Source: Antedon mediterranea
Taxonomy: Eukaryota > Animalia > Echinodermata
Direction of reading: 5' to 3'
Assembly (NCBI RefSeq): GCF_964355755.1
Contig: NC_092675.1
Span: 491,812 to 555,811, forward strand
DNA: 64,000 nucleotides
Shown: in pieces, positions 62,078 to 64,000 of the stretch
Position numbering within the stretch: the first letter of the stretch is position 1
How the letters are laid out: every line of letters starts with the position of its first letter
Notes under the pieces: generated by a model
What the model was told of the DNA's origin: nothing
The model's input: the letters and a program-made list of their open reading frames with translations, nothing else
Database searches by the model: none
Translations under genes and position numbers: made by a program

Positions 62078-63519
62078 ATGGCAACTAAACCTGGCTTTAG
62101 TTGTTATATGCCTTCACGAAAAGGCATTCGTAGATCTTATAATGTAGCACATCGTCTGCGAATGCGTGAGGTCAGTTGTATGTATTTAGGTCCTGCTGGG
62201 TCGGTCCTTCATACAGGGCCTAGCCTCTAAGAGTCTAAGATGTCAGTCAATGCATGCTGGCCAGAATCAGAGACGTTTCGACCCAGGTGGTCCAGCAGGA
62301 CGTTTCGGCCTACCTTTGTCTTATAAATTTCTCAAAAATGAGAAAACTGTTTGCATACAGTCATAAATACAGTAGGCCTAGGTAGGCCCTAGGCCTAGAC
62401 CTAAATAATAAAAAACCAAATTTATTTTTTAAATGGATTTTTATTATTTAAATAAATTCAAAAAGAAGGATATAAAAAAAAATGTATTTTTTTTTTTTTA
62501 TTCAAACAAACTCTAGGCCTAGGCTAACATTAGGCTGGTACACCTAATTTGATATAACAGCACCCGGCCGATTACTTGACATAATAGGCCTATTAAATCA
62601 TAGCGTACAAAAATTAATTAACATTTTGTACACAAATATAAATATTGACATTTTTAAATTTATACAGAGTACAGAGTACAATTAATTAAATAAACAAAAA
62701 GTTGTATCATTGCATTTATATCATGATATGCATTTAAATAAATTACATGTATGTTATGTATAAATTTACATTAATATAAAATTGCCTATAGTAGACTACT
62801 TTTACTAAATATCAATAATAGATGGTTTAATATTTATATTAATTATTATCATTTTTAATTCGCTAGATTTCTGGTAATCTCCACCCAACAAAAACCAGTT
62901 ACCCTGTATGTCGTTCAATGTTTGGTAAGGTACCTGGTCGTTTAGGAATTCCGCTAAAGGACATTGTTGATGCTAATGTTCTTCATGAGGAAGGGTAAGT
63001 TATTATTCATACAGTATGTCATTACTGGATTTGTGGAACAAAGAATGATGTCGTTTACTTATCAAATTAAGTGAACTGCTGCTTACGATTGTCAAAATAC
63101 TTGCATTGCATGTACACCCTTACTATGTAATATAGTAATCTACATTTTCTTTGATTTTTTCCAGTCATGTTTTTCTAGGCTTCAGTAAAGATGGTCAGTT
63201 TGTTCTATCTTATACACTGAATGTGGAAATAGTTGATCACATTGCATATCCCATCTACGTCTATAAGTTACATTGGTGGAAATTTAATAATGCTCAGCCC
63301 ATGGATAGAGTAAGTATTTTAAGTCGAAGGAGTGGAAATGCTGAGTTCCTAGGCTTACAGTAAATCTGATATTTGAAATGCATTTTCACTTAATCGTTTA
63401 CAACTATCTTTATAGGTGTCAGAGGTGCTTTTATTTGGTGAGGAAGAAATTCAACAAGACCTATATATTGCTATCTGTAGCTGGCCAACTGACCAATCAA
63501 AAATCTTGGTTTATGGATG
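62078..63519 (+). CDS. DCAF15: DDB1- and CUL4-associated factor 15; first 4 coding exons, continues beyond the window
   Basis: Exons ~62078-62170, 62868-62995 (ISGNL..LKDIVD), 63165-63309 (GHVFLGFSKDGQFVLSYT..YKLHWWKF), 63416-63519 (LFGEEEIQQDLYIAICSWPTD). These match the DCAF15 N-terminus as recalled. Confidence 0.88.
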
Positions 63520-64000
63520 GTATGATTACTTTATTTAAATTATGTTAATATAAAGTTTGTGATGCAGGAGTGAGAATTTAATTTTTATACCATTCTTAAT
63601 AAATAATATAAAGATTTCATTCTTATATACTGTGTTTGATATAAGGGTCACAAAAGGTGCAAAAATCGTCATCGTGTCTAAATTGCACAACGCATACATA
63701 TTTGGTTTCGATAAGATTAAGACGTCGTTCATCGAAGATATTATAATGTTTCTTTTTAATCTGAAAATAACACCCCTATCGAAAAATTAATCCCGGTAAA
63801 TACTATAGTCAATTGGCGTCAAAGTGGCAAAAGCAGCGGTTTTATTTTTCGCCAATCTGGAAACATTTTCGCTCGTGGCGACTTGGCAATCAGTCAGTGC
63901 GAGCCCAGCATACTCCTGATCGCTAGAAAGAGAAAAGGGCACTTTAGCTACAGGCTTTGTTCCCTATTACATGCACTTCATCCTGTTTCCTATTAAAACA

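Overview
AT-rich, intron-rich animal genomic DNA, not prokaryotic. A Deu/Nin-domain SINE and the gene content suggest a deuterostome invertebrate such as an echinoderm (inference). Spliced genes reconstructed by hand: two tandem BDH1-like SDR genes (-), DNAJC21 (+), CFAP57 (+), TECR (-), a DNAJB1/4/5-type Hsp40 (-) with a perfect heat-shock element, a SYK/ZAP70 kinase (-), and the 5' part of DCAF15 (+). Introns and intergenic DNA hold many non-autonomous mobile elements: about 11 copies of one MITE, a Kolobok-like element, two hAT elements with 8-bp TSDs, pogo-like MITEs, two Helentron-like (HINE) elements, Deu-SINEs, a LINE fragment and several minisatellites. The most unusual items are: (1) a 2-kb foldback element with two divergent tRNA-like Pol III units in its centre, one a well-paired cloverleaf with a GAC anticodon; (2) two tiny CATGGA...TCCATG hairpins with 7-bp direct repeats that resemble P/Galileo excision footprints; (3) a 90-bp minisatellite and a 54-bp duplication that multiply TECR splice acceptors; (4) TAGGCCTA/CTAG clusters at the start of intron 1 in six genes. 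Exon boundaries were read by eye and may be off by a few bases.
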